Source of the DNA: a bacterium
GTDB taxonomy: Bacteria > RBG-13-61-14 > DATKZS01
Length of the DNA: 64,000 nt
Reading direction: 5' to 3'
Assembly (NCBI GenBank): GCA_963674965.2
Contig: CAXXFL010000006.1
Coordinates: 928,001-992,000, forward strand
Below, piece after piece: positions 1-9,275 of this stretch. The position numbers and the translations under genes are program-made. The notes under the pieces were generated by a model that worked only from the letters and a program-made list of their open reading frames with translations, did no database searches and was not told where the DNA came from. The stretch's first letter is position 1. The number at the start of each line of letters is the position of its first letter.

Positions 1-1374
1 CAGGGTGGGGATTTCACCGGCGTTGATCCGGATATCGTCAAGGGGCGTGAACACGCGCGCGTGACTCACTCCCCGCGCGCCGTCCATGGCGGCCACAAGG
101 TCGGAGAAGTGAATATCCTGGCCAAAACCTACCCGGTCGAAAGCCAGGTGTTCCGACAGCGCGTCCTCGATCCGGCTTCGCGCGAGGTCGAGGTCTTCTC
201 CCGCGTAAACATATACCTCGGCGTCGATGTTCACCGGCACATAAACCGGATCGAAGAGTCTGATCTCGATGGTGATGACTTTGCGGGATTCGAGATATGA
301 AAGCAGTTCGTCCTTAAGCAGTGAAGAAGGGAGACCGCCGCCGTCCGGAGCGACCGCGATGTTGACGTTGTAATAACGTATGTTCGAACAGTCATTCGTA
401 TCCAGGACCTGCGCCTTGGCGACTCCCGGATACCCTTCGGCGAGTGCCGTGTAGTCGTCCTTGGTCACCGCCTTCCAGAGTGAGCGCACTTCCGCCGGTG
501 CCTGTCTCCTTGCGTGGGCGATGGTCTCTCGGTCGGCCCCTCCGGTGGAGGGAGTGGAGTTGATGACGGAGAGGGCCACCTGGATGCCGTTCAAATAGAC
601 GGGCGTCATCACTTCCGTAACCAGCCCCCTGCCGATGTTTCCGGAAGCTCCCTGGGTTTCCAGATACTCGACTTCGATCAGTTCGCCCGAAGGAGGAACG
701 GCGCCCCGACTGCCGTCTCCAAAAGCGATGCTGGAAACATCCAGGCCGTCGGTCTCGGTGAGAAAATCCTTCGAGTCCGCGTCGCTTTCCTGGAAATGCG
801 GCGCCTCGGTCCAATCTTCGTTCTGGACGCTGACCTTAACGGAACCTTGCGCCACGTTCCGATTGGCGAGAACGAACCGCTGCCATGGCTGGCCCGTGCC
901 GGTGAAGTTCTCCGACCTGGTCTTTCCCTGGCGGGCGCTGACCTCGACTTCTCTTTGACCCCGGGCAATCGTGGCGTCAAAAACGGTTTCGAACTCCACG
1001 TCTCCGTCATCGAGCCGCGCCCGGCAAAGGCAACCGGCGGGGATCATCAGGTCGTCATTCAGGGGAGCGGAGATTGTAAATCGCAGCAGGGTCGATGCCG
1101 CCACCGGAGTATCCAGCCGGTAGCTGATCAGCTTGCACAGGTTGATCACGTTCTGCCGCTGGCGAGCGGTGGGGAGGAAGGCCTCGGCTGCCTGGGCGTC
1201 GAGATAGTAGGAGAGCATGTCTCCAACACCGCAGAAAAGCTCGAGCAGCACCACTCCCAGGTCGGACTTGTTGAAGTCGGTCCATCGGTCGGTAAGTTGA
1301 GGAATGCGTGCGACGAGTTCCCGCCTGATGGACTCATAGTCTTTGTTGCTGTATGAGATTGACGCCCGGCCCAT
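1..1374 (-). CDS. Baseplate J / T4 gp6-like wedge protein (3' end beyond window)
   Basis: Manual translation from ATG 1374: MGRASISYSNKDYESIRRELVARIPQLTDRWTDFNKSDLGVVLLELF...AFLPTARQRQNV, a typical baseplate wedge N-terminus. Follows the gp25-like gene. Missing from the ORF track because it has no stop in the window. Confidence 0.85.
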   Translation of the reverse strand, partial: MGRASISYSNKDYESIRRELVARIPQLTDRWTDFNKSDLGVVLLELFCGVGDMLSYYLDAQAAEAFLPTARQRQNVINLCKLISYRLDTPVAASTLLRFTISAPLNDDLMIPAGCLCRARLDDGDVEFETVFDATIARGQREVEVSARQGKTRSENFTGTGQPWQRFVLANRNVAQGSVKVSVQNEDWTEAPHFQESDADSKDFLTETDGLDVSSIAFGDGSRGAVPPSGELIEVEYLETQGASGNIGRGLVTEVMTPVYLNGIQVALSVINSTPSTGGADRETIAHARRQAPAEVRSLWKAVTKDDYTALAEGYPGVAKAQVLDTNDCSNIRYYNVNIAVAPDGGGLPSSLLKDELLSYLESRKVITIEIRLFDPVYVPVNIDAEVYVYAGEDLDLARSRIEDALSEHLAFDRVGFGQDIHFSDLVAAMDGARGVSHARVFTPLDDIRINAGEIPTL

Positions 1375-1376
1375 TT

Positions 1377-1835
1377 TCAAGCTCCCGCCGCCGTGCGAAC
1401 CAGGTTGTCCGATGGAGCGAGGCGTGGTTCGCGATGGAATGGATAAACCAGGTTTCCTTCAACCTGGCTCTGGATGACGCGATAGGAGATGCGGACCAGG
1501 AGCAGGTTCCGGTCTTTGTTTACATCCGAATCATCGAACGAGACCTCGGTGATCACCACGCGCTTTTCCCAGCGCTTGATCGCGTCGATCACATAATGGC
1601 GCACCAGGCCCTTCAGTACTTCATCGTTCGGTTCGAACACCAGGTCACGAAGTCTCGATCCGAACTCGGGCAACATGAACCGCTCGCCCGGGCGCGTGCC
1701 GAGTATCTGGAGGATGCTCTCGTGGATGTGGGCATGCTCCGCCGAGGTGGTGGCGGAGACCTCCGCGCCGCCGCTTCTTTGTTTGAAGCGAAAGGGAAAC
1801 TTCAGCCCTTGGCCAAGGAAGTCTAGAGCCATCAC
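1377..1835 (-). CDS. GPW/gp25 family baseplate protein
   Basis: IHESILQILGTRPGERFMLPEFGSRL...AIKRWEKRV, the gp25 family signature. Confidence 0.9.
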   Translation of the reverse strand: MMALDFLGQGLKFPFRFKQRSGGAEVSATTSAEHAHIHESILQILGTRPGERFMLPEFGSRLRDLVFEPNDEVLKGLVRHYVIDAIKRWEKRVVITEVSFDDSDVNKDRNLLLVRISYRVIQSQVEGNLVYPFHREPRLAPSDNLVRTAAGA

Positions 1836-2788
1836 TCGCGCTCCTCACAGATTTTCTCGGGGGAGTCGGGCCCTTCGGAGGATTGATCGCCATCCTCGTC
1901 CGGGAAACGTATGACCAGGTCCAGTCCATTCGAGAGGGCCGCGTGGATAGTTCCATCGGCTTCGATGACGCCCTGGTGATTGCTTTCCAGGGAGATGAAC
2001 GCCCTGGCCCCGCCCGGGACGGTCCTCGCGCTGACCTCTTCGCCAAGGCCCTCGATCCTGGAGGCGCTCAGGACCACCACCGTGCCAAGGGGATTGATAA
2101 CCATGGCCAGTCGGTCGGGATGAGAAACTTCGAGCCGGATGCCTCCGGGCAGATTGAGGGAAAAGCGTCCATTAGCCACCTGGACCGGCTCGATATCGAG
2201 GGGCAGACCCTCGATGCCGGCGACCTCATGAGTAGCCAGGATCGCCTCCTGGACCAGCGTAAACTCGCGGCCGTCGGGAAGCGCGACCACGCCGCCTAGC
2301 GCCGGCTCGAGCTTGGCCGCGTAGCCGTCCTCCATCACGGCGAAGATGATTCCATCTGGATTCGCTCGAAGGAATACGCCATCGGGGAGAGTGAACAGCC
2401 TTCCGCCGTCCGGAAGATCGCGCGCGTCCGTTCCTGAAGGCATGTCCGCGAAGGGGTAATAATCCGGCTGCTCCAGGTCCTGGAAGTATTGACTGGCGCT
2501 CTGGGCGTGGGTATCGAGAATGGCCTGGGCCTCGGCCTGAAGCGCGCCGGACGCGGCCAGGCTTTGTCCGAGCAAATCCTTGATCTCGCCCAGTTGGTCT
2601 CGAATCTGGGGAAGATACGGCTCGGCCGCCACGCCGGGCGTCCAATCTTCCCCCTCGCCCTCATCGCCGGGTCCCTCGATTGCCTCGACTCCCAGCCCGG
2701 CGGCCAGGATATTAATCAGCGCCATCAGCTCGAAATGGGCCTCGGCCGAGCTTGTCCTCTCCACGAGCGGTCCGTCTCCGTAGGGCAT
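1832..2788 (-). CDS. Hypothetical acidic protein in the baseplate module
   Basis: 318-aa ORF tightly packed between neighbours; no motif recognised. Confidence 0.6.
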   Translation of the reverse strand: MPYGDGPLVERTSSAEAHFELMALINILAAGLGVEAIEGPGDEGEGEDWTPGVAAEPYLPQIRDQLGEIKDLLGQSLAASGALQAEAQAILDTHAQSASQYFQDLEQPDYYPFADMPSGTDARDLPDGGRLFTLPDGVFLRANPDGIIFAVMEDGYAAKLEPALGGVVALPDGREFTLVQEAILATHEVAGIEGLPLDIEPVQVANGRFSLNLPGGIRLEVSHPDRLAMVINPLGTVVVLSASRIEGLGEEVSARTVPGGARAFISLESNHQGVIEADGTIHAALSNGLDLVIRFPDEDGDQSSEGPDSPEKICEERE

Positions 2789-2791
2789 GGC

Positions 2792-3532
2792 TTATTCTCC
2801 CGTTATGGGAATCATCTCGAGGTTGGAAACGAACCAGCCGTCGAACTTCTGGAACCCCTCGTCGAGCGTGTCCCAGACAAAGCGCAGGGTGACGCTCCGT
2901 CCGGTGAAAGCCGAGAGGTCGATATGCTCGACGCGGCGGGGAATAAGGTACGGCTCGAGCGGCTCTCCGCCCGAGCCCTCGTCGGGATTGAATTGCTTGA
3001 TATAATCGTTGCCCACGTAAAACTCCAATAAGTCGTAGGTGGCGGGGGCCGAGCTTTCGATTTCACCCCACACGTCGAAGACCAGCAGGTAGTCCTTATC
3101 CAGAAAAACCGGGCGCGAGAGTTCTCCACTGACCCGGACGTTGCTTCCATACTCGTCGTACCAGTCGGAGAAATAATAAAAATGCCAGGTCTCTTCACCG
3201 AGCCGCTCGACGTAGCCCGAGGCGGTCCATCCTTCTTCGCCGCCGTCCTGGTCGGGCGTGAAAATCTCCACCTGAACGTAGCGACGAGAAGCGGCCATTC
3301 CCTCCCTCATGGACTCGACCGTGACGACCGCCGCCCCGGGATTGAGGCCATACTCGAGCGAGCCGTCGATCACTTGGGCGACCATCCGATCGCTGGACTC
3401 GAAATACAACTCGCCGCCCGGATCGCCAAGTATGGACAGGGGCAACGACCTGGCCGAGTCGCCCCCGCCAAAGGGCGTCCGGACAAGATCGGGCTTCACG
3501 TCCCAATAAGGAGCGAGGGCGCTAAAATTCAT
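2792..3532 (-). CDS. Ig-like (Big_2-type) domain protein with a C-terminal beta-sandwich
   Basis: FESSDRMVAQV...RYVQVEI N-terminal domain; C-terminal HIDLSAFTGRSVTLRFVWDT...DGWFVSNL resembles MAM/jelly-roll ends. Confidence 0.55.
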   Translation of the reverse strand: MNFSALAPYWDVKPDLVRTPFGGGDSARSLPLSILGDPGGELYFESSDRMVAQVIDGSLEYGLNPGAAVVTVESMREGMAASRRYVQVEIFTPDQDGGEEGWTASGYVERLGEETWHFYYFSDWYDEYGSNVRVSGELSRPVFLDKDYLLVFDVWGEIESSAPATYDLLEFYVGNDYIKQFNPDEGSGGEPLEPYLIPRRVEHIDLSAFTGRSVTLRFVWDTLDEGFQKFDGWFVSNLEMIPITGE

Positions 3533-3839
3533 CGGGGTTTTCCTCCTCCCACTCGCCTCCGCCGTAGTCGATTATCTCGACCTGGACGTACCTGACGCTC
3601 GTCTCGTCCCACGAGTCGTAGGCCATGACCACCGTCGAGCCCGCTTGCCAACCCGGCCATAAGAGGCCGTCCTCGTCCACGGAAGCCACGCTTTGGTCCT
3701 GACTCTCGAAGAAGACTTGTCCCCTCGGGTATCCCCTGACCGATAGGGGAATGGGAGGGGCCTCCGCCTTGAGGCTCAGCTTGATGGACCTGGGGAAAAC
3801 GTCCCAGTAATGGGTGTATCCCTCGGGGAAAATTCCCAT
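3522..3839 (-). CDS. Small Ig-like (Big_2-type) protein, paralogue of the N-terminus of 2792..3532
   Basis: FESQDQSVASVDEDG motif; shares YWDV, PLS and RYVQVEI blocks with the downstream gene. Confidence 0.6.
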   Translation of the reverse strand: MGIFPEGYTHYWDVFPRSIKLSLKAEAPPIPLSVRGYPRGQVFFESQDQSVASVDEDGLLWPGWQAGSTVVMAYDSWDETSVRYVQVEIIDYGGGEWEEENPDEF

Positions 3840-3848
3840 GCCCCCTCC

Positions 3849-4115
3849 TCAACCGTCCTCGGAGTCCGGACCGCCGGTCACGATCATGGCCCCGCAGCCG
3901 GCAAAGTCGCCCACCCGAGCGTCGGGGCGGCCCTCGGTCAAGGAATCCGGGCTCCCGGTGACGATGGGAGTCACGCCGTGGAAGGGAATCGGGCATGAAT
4001 GAAAGTCGCCCATCCTCGCCGCCGGTTTCCCGTTGATCGTCGTCCTCATGGCGCCGGTTACGATCACGCCGCCGTGGCTGGTCATGTCGCCCATTCTGGC
4101 CTTGGGTCTGGACAT
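3849..4115 (-). CDS. PAAR domain spike-tip protein
   Basis: PKARMGDMTSHGG, KPAARMGD and PDARVGD repeats with His/Cys metal ligands. Confidence 0.93.
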   Translation of the reverse strand: MSRPKARMGDMTSHGGVIVTGAMRTTINGKPAARMGDFHSCPIPFHGVTPIVTGSPDSLTEGRPDARVGDFAGCGAMIVTGGPDSEDG

Positions 4116-4481
4116 TCAATTCCCCAGGTAAAGGCGGATCAGAAAACCAAGTATGCCGCCCAGCGCCCCGGAAAGCGCCAGGGCCAGGCCGATCACTTTC
4201 CACATGGTCTCCGTGCCCATCTTGCGGCTGAGACCGGCGTAAAGGTCCTTGATGTCGTCCGCGTGGCGGCAAAGCTCCTCCCGAATGCCCCGGGCGATCA
4301 ACTCGACGTTTTCCTTGTCCGACTTCTTCTCGATCTCGCGCTCGATCTTCTCCAGCCGCGCCTGGATATCGCGGCGATGGTCCTCGAGGATGCTCCTGAA
4401 CTCGGCCCGCCAGGACTCGAAGGTCCGGGCCAGAAGGCGCTCGCTTTTTTCCAGTTCCTGAGACCCGTTTTCCTTTTCCAT
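4116..4481 (-). CDS. Coiled-coil protein with C-terminal membrane helix (possible lysis accessory)
   Basis: Charged coiled coil followed by the hydrophobic segment VIGLALALSGALGGILGFLI. Confidence 0.55.
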   Translation of the reverse strand: MEKENGSQELEKSERLLARTFESWRAEFRSILEDHRRDIQARLEKIEREIEKKSDKENVELIARGIREELCRHADDIKDLYAGLSRKMGTETMWKVIGLALALSGALGGILGFLIRLYLGN

Positions 4482-4491
4482 TACCGATCTC

Positions 4492-5475
4492 CTAATTGAT
4501 AATCGTCTTGTTCGCCGCCTTGATTACGATATTGCCCGAGACGCCGTCCATAATGATCGCGCTTCCGGCCTTGTCGGACAGGCGTATCTTCTCGGAGCCG
4601 GCGGTCGAGTCGATCAGAATCTCCTGCGTCCCCCCAAGCCCCCAGACGTGGATTTTTTCCTTGCCCTTGGTGGTGTCCAGAAGTATCTTCTGCCAGCGGC
4701 TTCGGCTCTTGTCGCACGACTGAAGGTGAATCTTCTCCTTGTCCTTCCAGGCCTCGAGGCGAAGGTACTGCCGGCAAAGGTCCGTAATCTCGATCCTGGC
4801 CTTCTTGTCCTTGACGTCCGAGTCTATGTTCAGTTGGTCGCCTCGCTCCGCGTCCTTCGTCTTCCGGGGCTTGGAGTTACCAGATTGAACGTCCCGCTTG
4901 ACCTTGCAGTCCATATGGATGATCTGTCCGGTCCGGTCGATGATCTTGAAAAACTCCTCCTCGTCCCGGTCGTCCATCACGATGGTGTGGCCCGTCTCGG
5001 TCTTCATGAGCACCTTGCGCCGGGGACAGTAGTAGGGAGGATGCTGGTGGTACTTCTTGTGCTCGAGGTCGTCCGGGGTCTTGGCCTGATGCTCGAGCTT
5101 GTCCTCGCAGTCCAGGCAGGTCGGCTCGTTGCACAGGCGCTTGGCCTCCTCGGGCTGCTCGCCGGGGTCGCTCCTGGCCAGCCACGCTCCGGTCCAGATG
5201 GGACGACCCACGTCGCCGCCCTCGAACTCGGCCCAGACCGAGGCCCCCTCCTCGGGCACGAGGAACATGCCCGCGTCCTCGTTCCCGCCGTAGGGGAAAC
5301 ACGGCCAGGCCCACTCCGACCAGTTGTCCGGACCCGAGCCGAGCACGGCTGGAATCTCCAGCCGCGCCCGGCCCAGGCGTTCAGGGTCGTTGTTGTCGCG
5401 CACGAAGGCGCGGTACTTGCCGAACCAGCGGTTCTTGTACCTCTCCTCGTGTTGGCGGTCCTGGGTCTCGATCAA
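4492..5475 (-). CDS. Baseplate spike protein (gpV / T4 gp5 OB-fold, VgrG-like)
   Basis: GKYRAFVRDNNDPERLGR, VPEEGASVWAEFEGGDVGRPIWTG and KTETGHTIVMDD motifs. Confidence 0.9.
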   Translation of the reverse strand: MIETQDRQHEERYKNRWFGKYRAFVRDNNDPERLGRARLEIPAVLGSGPDNWSEWAWPCFPYGGNEDAGMFLVPEEGASVWAEFEGGDVGRPIWTGAWLARSDPGEQPEEAKRLCNEPTCLDCEDKLEHQAKTPDDLEHKKYHQHPPYYCPRRKVLMKTETGHTIVMDDRDEEEFFKIIDRTGQIIHMDCKVKRDVQSGNSKPRKTKDAERGDQLNIDSDVKDKKARIEITDLCRQYLRLEAWKDKEKIHLQSCDKSRSRWQKILLDTTKGKEKIHVWGLGGTQEILIDSTAGSEKIRLSDKAGSAIIMDGVSGNIVIKAANKTIIN

Positions 5476-5496
5476 GGCCGGTCCCTCCCCTCCTTT

Positions 5497-5805
5497 TCAC
5501 GCCAGGATGGACTTGGCCACGCGGCTCGCCAGGGCCTCGGGGGTCTTCTTGGGGTCGGCTTTGGACACCGCGTGATGGATCGCGTCCTTGGCCGCCGGGG
5601 TCAGGTTGCCCTCCTGGTCGGTCACGCCCGTTTTGACCTCCAGGGCGCCCACCTTCTCGACCGCGTTGACCACCGCGTCCAGGGCGTCGGACTTGGCCTT
5701 GCCCCAGGAAGAGAGCTTCAAGATGGTCAAGGCCGCGGTAAGCAGCGTCCCTAAAAGGTCCGCGTTCTGAATGATGAGCTGGATAATCCCCTCGAACTGT
5801 CCCAT
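5497..5805 (-). CDS. Small membrane protein, holin candidate
   Basis: N-terminal hydrophobic helix; directly downstream of the M15 peptidase. Confidence 0.45.
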   Translation of the reverse strand: MGQFEGIIQLIIQNADLLGTLLTAALTILKLSSWGKAKSDALDAVVNAVEKVGALEVKTGVTDQEGNLTPAAKDAIHHAVSKADPKKTPEALASRVAKSILA

Positions 5806-5806
5806 G

Positions 5807-6223
5807 TTAATCGCCTCCCTCGCTTTTCATCGCCTCCGAGACCGAAACCGAGCGGCCGTGAAGCTTGGCCCACCTGGCCTTGTGCCCGCGAACGTCCACG
5901 TGGACGAACCCATGGCCCGGATATAAGCCCATGCCGCCGTTCGAAAAGGCCTCGACCTTCTCCGCCAGGCGATAGGTCTCGAAGGGCGTTAGCCCCTTGA
6001 TCACAATGTCCGCCGCCTTGCCCAGCATGTGCTGGCTGCGCTTGGCCCCGCCCACGGCCGCGTTGTGCTTGGGGCATCGATACCCGCTGATCACCGTTAT
6101 CGGGGCCCCGGCCAGGTCGCGAAGCTTCTGCAGGGCCGCTATAAGGCCGGGATCGACCTTGGCCTCGCCGCAGCACCTGCACCCAAACTCCGAGCGCGAA
6201 AAGTTCTCGCTCAAATCTCCCAT
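5807..6223 (-). CDS. Peptidase M15 (D-Ala-D-Ala carboxypeptidase-like) endolysin
   Basis: NFSRSEFGCRCC, SGYRCPKHN, SQHMLGKAADI and FVHVDVR zinc-peptidase motifs. Confidence 0.92.
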   Translation of the reverse strand: MGDLSENFSRSEFGCRCCGEAKVDPGLIAALQKLRDLAGAPITVISGYRCPKHNAAVGGAKRSQHMLGKAADIVIKGLTPFETYRLAEKVEAFSNGGMGLYPGHGFVHVDVRGHKARWAKLHGRSVSVSEAMKSEGGD

Positions 6224-6236
6224 TGAATTCCTCCTT

Positions 6237-7505
6237 TCAGGTTGTCCGCTCGCCGGTATTGGCGTCGATTGTTACCAGGGAAGGCGGCTCCTCCTCCGGC
6301 GACGGGGGAGCCTCGCGATGGTTTTGCCTTCCCAGGGACTCCTCCGACCTTGCGCCCGCGCCCCTCCCCAGCGCGTTCTTCACAAGTTTCAACTCGCAGC
6401 CGTAGCCGCTCGAGTCGATGACGTGGCGGGCGCCATGGCAGTAGTAAACGCCCGAGAACTTCTGGCCCACGCCCCTGATCTCGATATTGCGCTTGGCCCG
6501 AAGCGATGGGACGCCCATGGTCGCGGCCGAGGCCTCCACCTGTCTTAGCTCCGCCTCCTTGAATTTCCCCTCGGCCAGGTCCTGGGCCGGCTCCTGCAGA
6601 GGCTCCTCGTGGAACCCCTCGGAGCGCTCAAAGCTCGGGACCACCCGGCCGGTCTCCTCCTCCTTGTAACTAGCCTCGCCCGTGTTCCCGTCCACCAGGT
6701 AGGTGCGTTTGCCCAGCGACGTCCGCTCGGGGGTGGACTCGTTGTTGGCCTTGTGCTCGACCGGGGCCTTTGCGCGAGGGTCCACGCCCACCGCCCGGGT
6801 CTCGGTACCGGCCCCCTTGGCCGCCTGGGATTGGGTCGAGGGCCTAAAGGACCTGAGAACTCCCTTCCGGTCCGTGAAATACTCGAGGCACAGGAACGGG
6901 CCGCTCTCCAGGTCGCGGGGATGGAAATGCAGCTCGTCGTCCTGGATGTAAAAGGCGTAGCCGGCCACTCCATCCCCGTCCTTGTCGCGGGCCTTGGCCG
7001 CCAGTTCCCGCAGGAATTGCGCGTCCGAGACGTTGCTCTGAGTCACCCGAAGATGCCTTGCCTTGGTGGGCTTGACCACGGGAGTGAGCCCGTTCGCGGC
7101 CGCGATCTCCTCGGCGATCTCCGAGTAAAGGATGCCGGGCGGGGGCTTCCGCCAGACCTTTTGGTTCTCCTTGCCCGCCAGCTTGAAGCCCTTGTCATAG
7201 GCCTTGATCCGGATCGTGGGGTCTCCGTCCTCGGGAAAGTCGTAATCGATGTCCTTGATCACCGCCTTCTTCCTGGGCGAGAGGTTGTCCACGTAGCCGA
7301 AGCGGGCCACGATCTCGTTGCCCTCCTGGAAAAGCGGGTCGTCCACGAACTGGAGGTTACGGTCAGTGATAGAAAGCTCCATCACGTCCAGTTCCTCCTC
7401 GTTGTCCTCGAAGGAAAACGAGGTGATCTCCTGGGTCACGTCCCTCGAGAGGGTCCGCCCCTCGATCTGAATCAATAAAGTGGGTTTGAAAGTGTCAAGG
7501 TCCAT
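6237..7505 (-). CDS. Phage late control D / baseplate hub protein
   Basis: EIVARFGY, TQSNVSDAQFLRELA and GVGQKFSGVYY motifs; tail context. Confidence 0.85.
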   Translation of the reverse strand: MDLDTFKPTLLIQIEGRTLSRDVTQEITSFSFEDNEEELDVMELSITDRNLQFVDDPLFQEGNEIVARFGYVDNLSPRKKAVIKDIDYDFPEDGDPTIRIKAYDKGFKLAGKENQKVWRKPPPGILYSEIAEEIAAANGLTPVVKPTKARHLRVTQSNVSDAQFLRELAAKARDKDGDGVAGYAFYIQDDELHFHPRDLESGPFLCLEYFTDRKGVLRSFRPSTQSQAAKGAGTETRAVGVDPRAKAPVEHKANNESTPERTSLGKRTYLVDGNTGEASYKEEETGRVVPSFERSEGFHEEPLQEPAQDLAEGKFKEAELRQVEASAATMGVPSLRAKRNIEIRGVGQKFSGVYYCHGARHVIDSSGYGCELKLVKNALGRGAGARSEESLGRQNHREAPPSPEEEPPSLVTIDANTGERTT

Positions 7506-7544
7506 TTCTCGCCGCCGCCTCCTAGACCCTTGAGAAGGTCATGA

Positions 7545-7576
7545 GGATATATACCGGCGAGAAGGCGAAAGTGTCG
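7545..7576 (-). promoter_or_regulatory. Phage bipartite motif copy 1 (CGACACTTT-N13-GTATATA)
   Basis: One of seven copies with identical spacing; lies upstream of the baseplate/lysis operon. Confidence 0.75.
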
Positions 7577-7690
7577 GGATTTTTTAAATCGAGGAGGAAT
7601 TTTTCGTGAAAAAAAGAAGCGGGCTGATTTTTTGGCCCCCGTTCAATATAAGATTCATATCGTCCTTATATTAGGAACAAAGTGGGCGCC

Positions 7691-8914
7691 TTAGAAATTT
7701 CCAAAAGGCCAGGCCATGACTCCCGAACCCAGAGGAAGGGGAGATTCTCCAGGATTGACCACGTAGCCGGGCAGGGCCCCGTCGCCAAAATCCTTCTGGA
7801 AGGTCTTAATCTGGTTCGCCATGGCTGGACGCGGCGTGGCTGAAAGCTTGACCTCGATGGGGACAAGCTTGCTTCCGGTTTCGATGATGAAATCTATTTC
7901 CGTCCCCGCCATGGTGCGCCAGAAATAAATTTCTGGATCAACGCCCCGGTGGGTCAGGGTTTTATATATTTCGGAAAACACCGCCGTCTCCATGATCGCG
8001 CCCCCCATCGGGCCGGAAGCCGCGTGCTCCGGGTCTTTCAATCCGGCCAGATAGCAAAGCGTTCCCAGGTCGGTGAAAAAAACTTTGGGAGATTTGACCA
8101 GCCTCTTTCCCACGTTGGCGAAATAAGGCCTTAGCTCCACCACCTGGAAAGTCGCCTCCAGCACCGAGAGCCAGGCCTTGACCGTGTTCAAGGAAACGCC
8201 CAGGTCGCGGGCCAGTTCCGCCTTGTTGATAAGGCCCGCGCTCCTGGCGGCAAGGAGTCGAAGGAAACTCTGAAACAAAGATAAGTCCCCAACCTGACGA
8301 AGCATCCGAACGTCCCGCTCGAGGTAGGTCTGGACGTAGCCGGCATGGTAAAGACCCGCGTCCCGCTCAGGCCGAGCGGCCAATTCCGGGAAACCGCCTC
8401 GTAGGAAGCTCTTCCATAAATCAAGATATGATTGATTGACGGACAACAAGGCCCCATCGCCGCCCTCCCATGGAAGCCGCGCCTGGGGCTGGCCGAAAAG
8501 TTCCCGACGAGAAAGAGGCAATAAGCGAAGGATGGCCGCCCGACCGGCCAGGGACTCGGTAATTTCCTCGATAAGAAGAAGGTTCTGAGAGCCGGTGAGG
8601 AGGTATTGGCCATATCTTCCCCGGTCCGCGTCGATTTTTTCCTTTATATAAGGGAGCAGATCGGGCGCGTACTGGACCTCGTCGAAAATCACGGGAGGAG
8701 CGTTCAATTCAAGAAAGGAGCGAGGGTCTTCCCTGGCCGCCGCCCACACGTCGGGCGGTTCCATGGAAATATAACGATAATCGTTTCCAAACAAATGCTT
8801 AAGCAGCGTTGTCTTGCCCGATTGACGAGGCCCGGTCAGCACCAGGGCGGGGAACTCCTTCACCGCTTTTTTAAGGACCGATTCCAACGACCTCTCGATA
8901 TAATTATCAACCAT
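7691..8914 (-). CDS. AAA_14 ATPase with DUF4143 C-terminal domain (moron)
   Basis: GPRQSGKTT Walker A, IFDEVQ Walker B, LTGSQ, KSPKVFFTDLG and EIDFI...PIEVK motifs. Has its own sigma70-like promoter (TTGACA 8957-8962, CATAAT 8935-8940). Confidence 0.9.
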   Translation of the reverse strand: MVDNYIERSLESVLKKAVKEFPALVLTGPRQSGKTTLLKHLFGNDYRYISMEPPDVWAAAREDPRSFLELNAPPVIFDEVQYAPDLLPYIKEKIDADRGRYGQYLLTGSQNLLLIEEITESLAGRAAILRLLPLSRRELFGQPQARLPWEGGDGALLSVNQSYLDLWKSFLRGGFPELAARPERDAGLYHAGYVQTYLERDVRMLRQVGDLSLFQSFLRLLAARSAGLINKAELARDLGVSLNTVKAWLSVLEATFQVVELRPYFANVGKRLVKSPKVFFTDLGTLCYLAGLKDPEHAASGPMGGAIMETAVFSEIYKTLTHRGVDPEIYFWRTMAGTEIDFIIETGSKLVPIEVKLSATPRPAMANQIKTFQKDFGDGALPGYVVNPGESPLPLGSGVMAWPFGNF

Positions 8915-8984
8915 GGAGAGCACCCTTGGTTAATATTATGCATTTTAAGTGCAATTTGTCAAGTTTAAAATGGGCATGGTCCGA

Positions 8985-9275
8985 TCAAGCCAAAAGTCGC
9001 ATCTGAACGTGATCCAGGGAAGGAATCCGCAGTACCGCCCCGATCTCCAACTCCAGCGGGAAAAAGACGTCGTTATAGTCGCAGATGATCCAATAAAGGT
9101 CCGCTCGGCAGAAGTATCGGTGAGCCAGGACGTCTATCCGGTCGCCCTCGACCACCGCGTGGAAGCGGTCGTCATGTCGGGGAGAGGTTTCGATCATGGG
9201 CCTGGTCCCCAGGAATTCCTCCGAGCCGTCAAGATATAGAACGGAAGTCGCGTATCTCGAGTTTTTGCCGATCAT
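8985..9275 (-). CDS. LysM/gpX-like tail protein
   Basis: VVEGDRIDVLAHRY...LYWIICDYN...GAVLRIP. Confidence 0.8.
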   Translation of the reverse strand: MIGKNSRYATSVLYLDGSEEFLGTRPMIETSPRHDDRFHAVVEGDRIDVLAHRYFCRADLYWIICDYNDVFFPLELEIGAVLRIPSLDHVQMRLLA

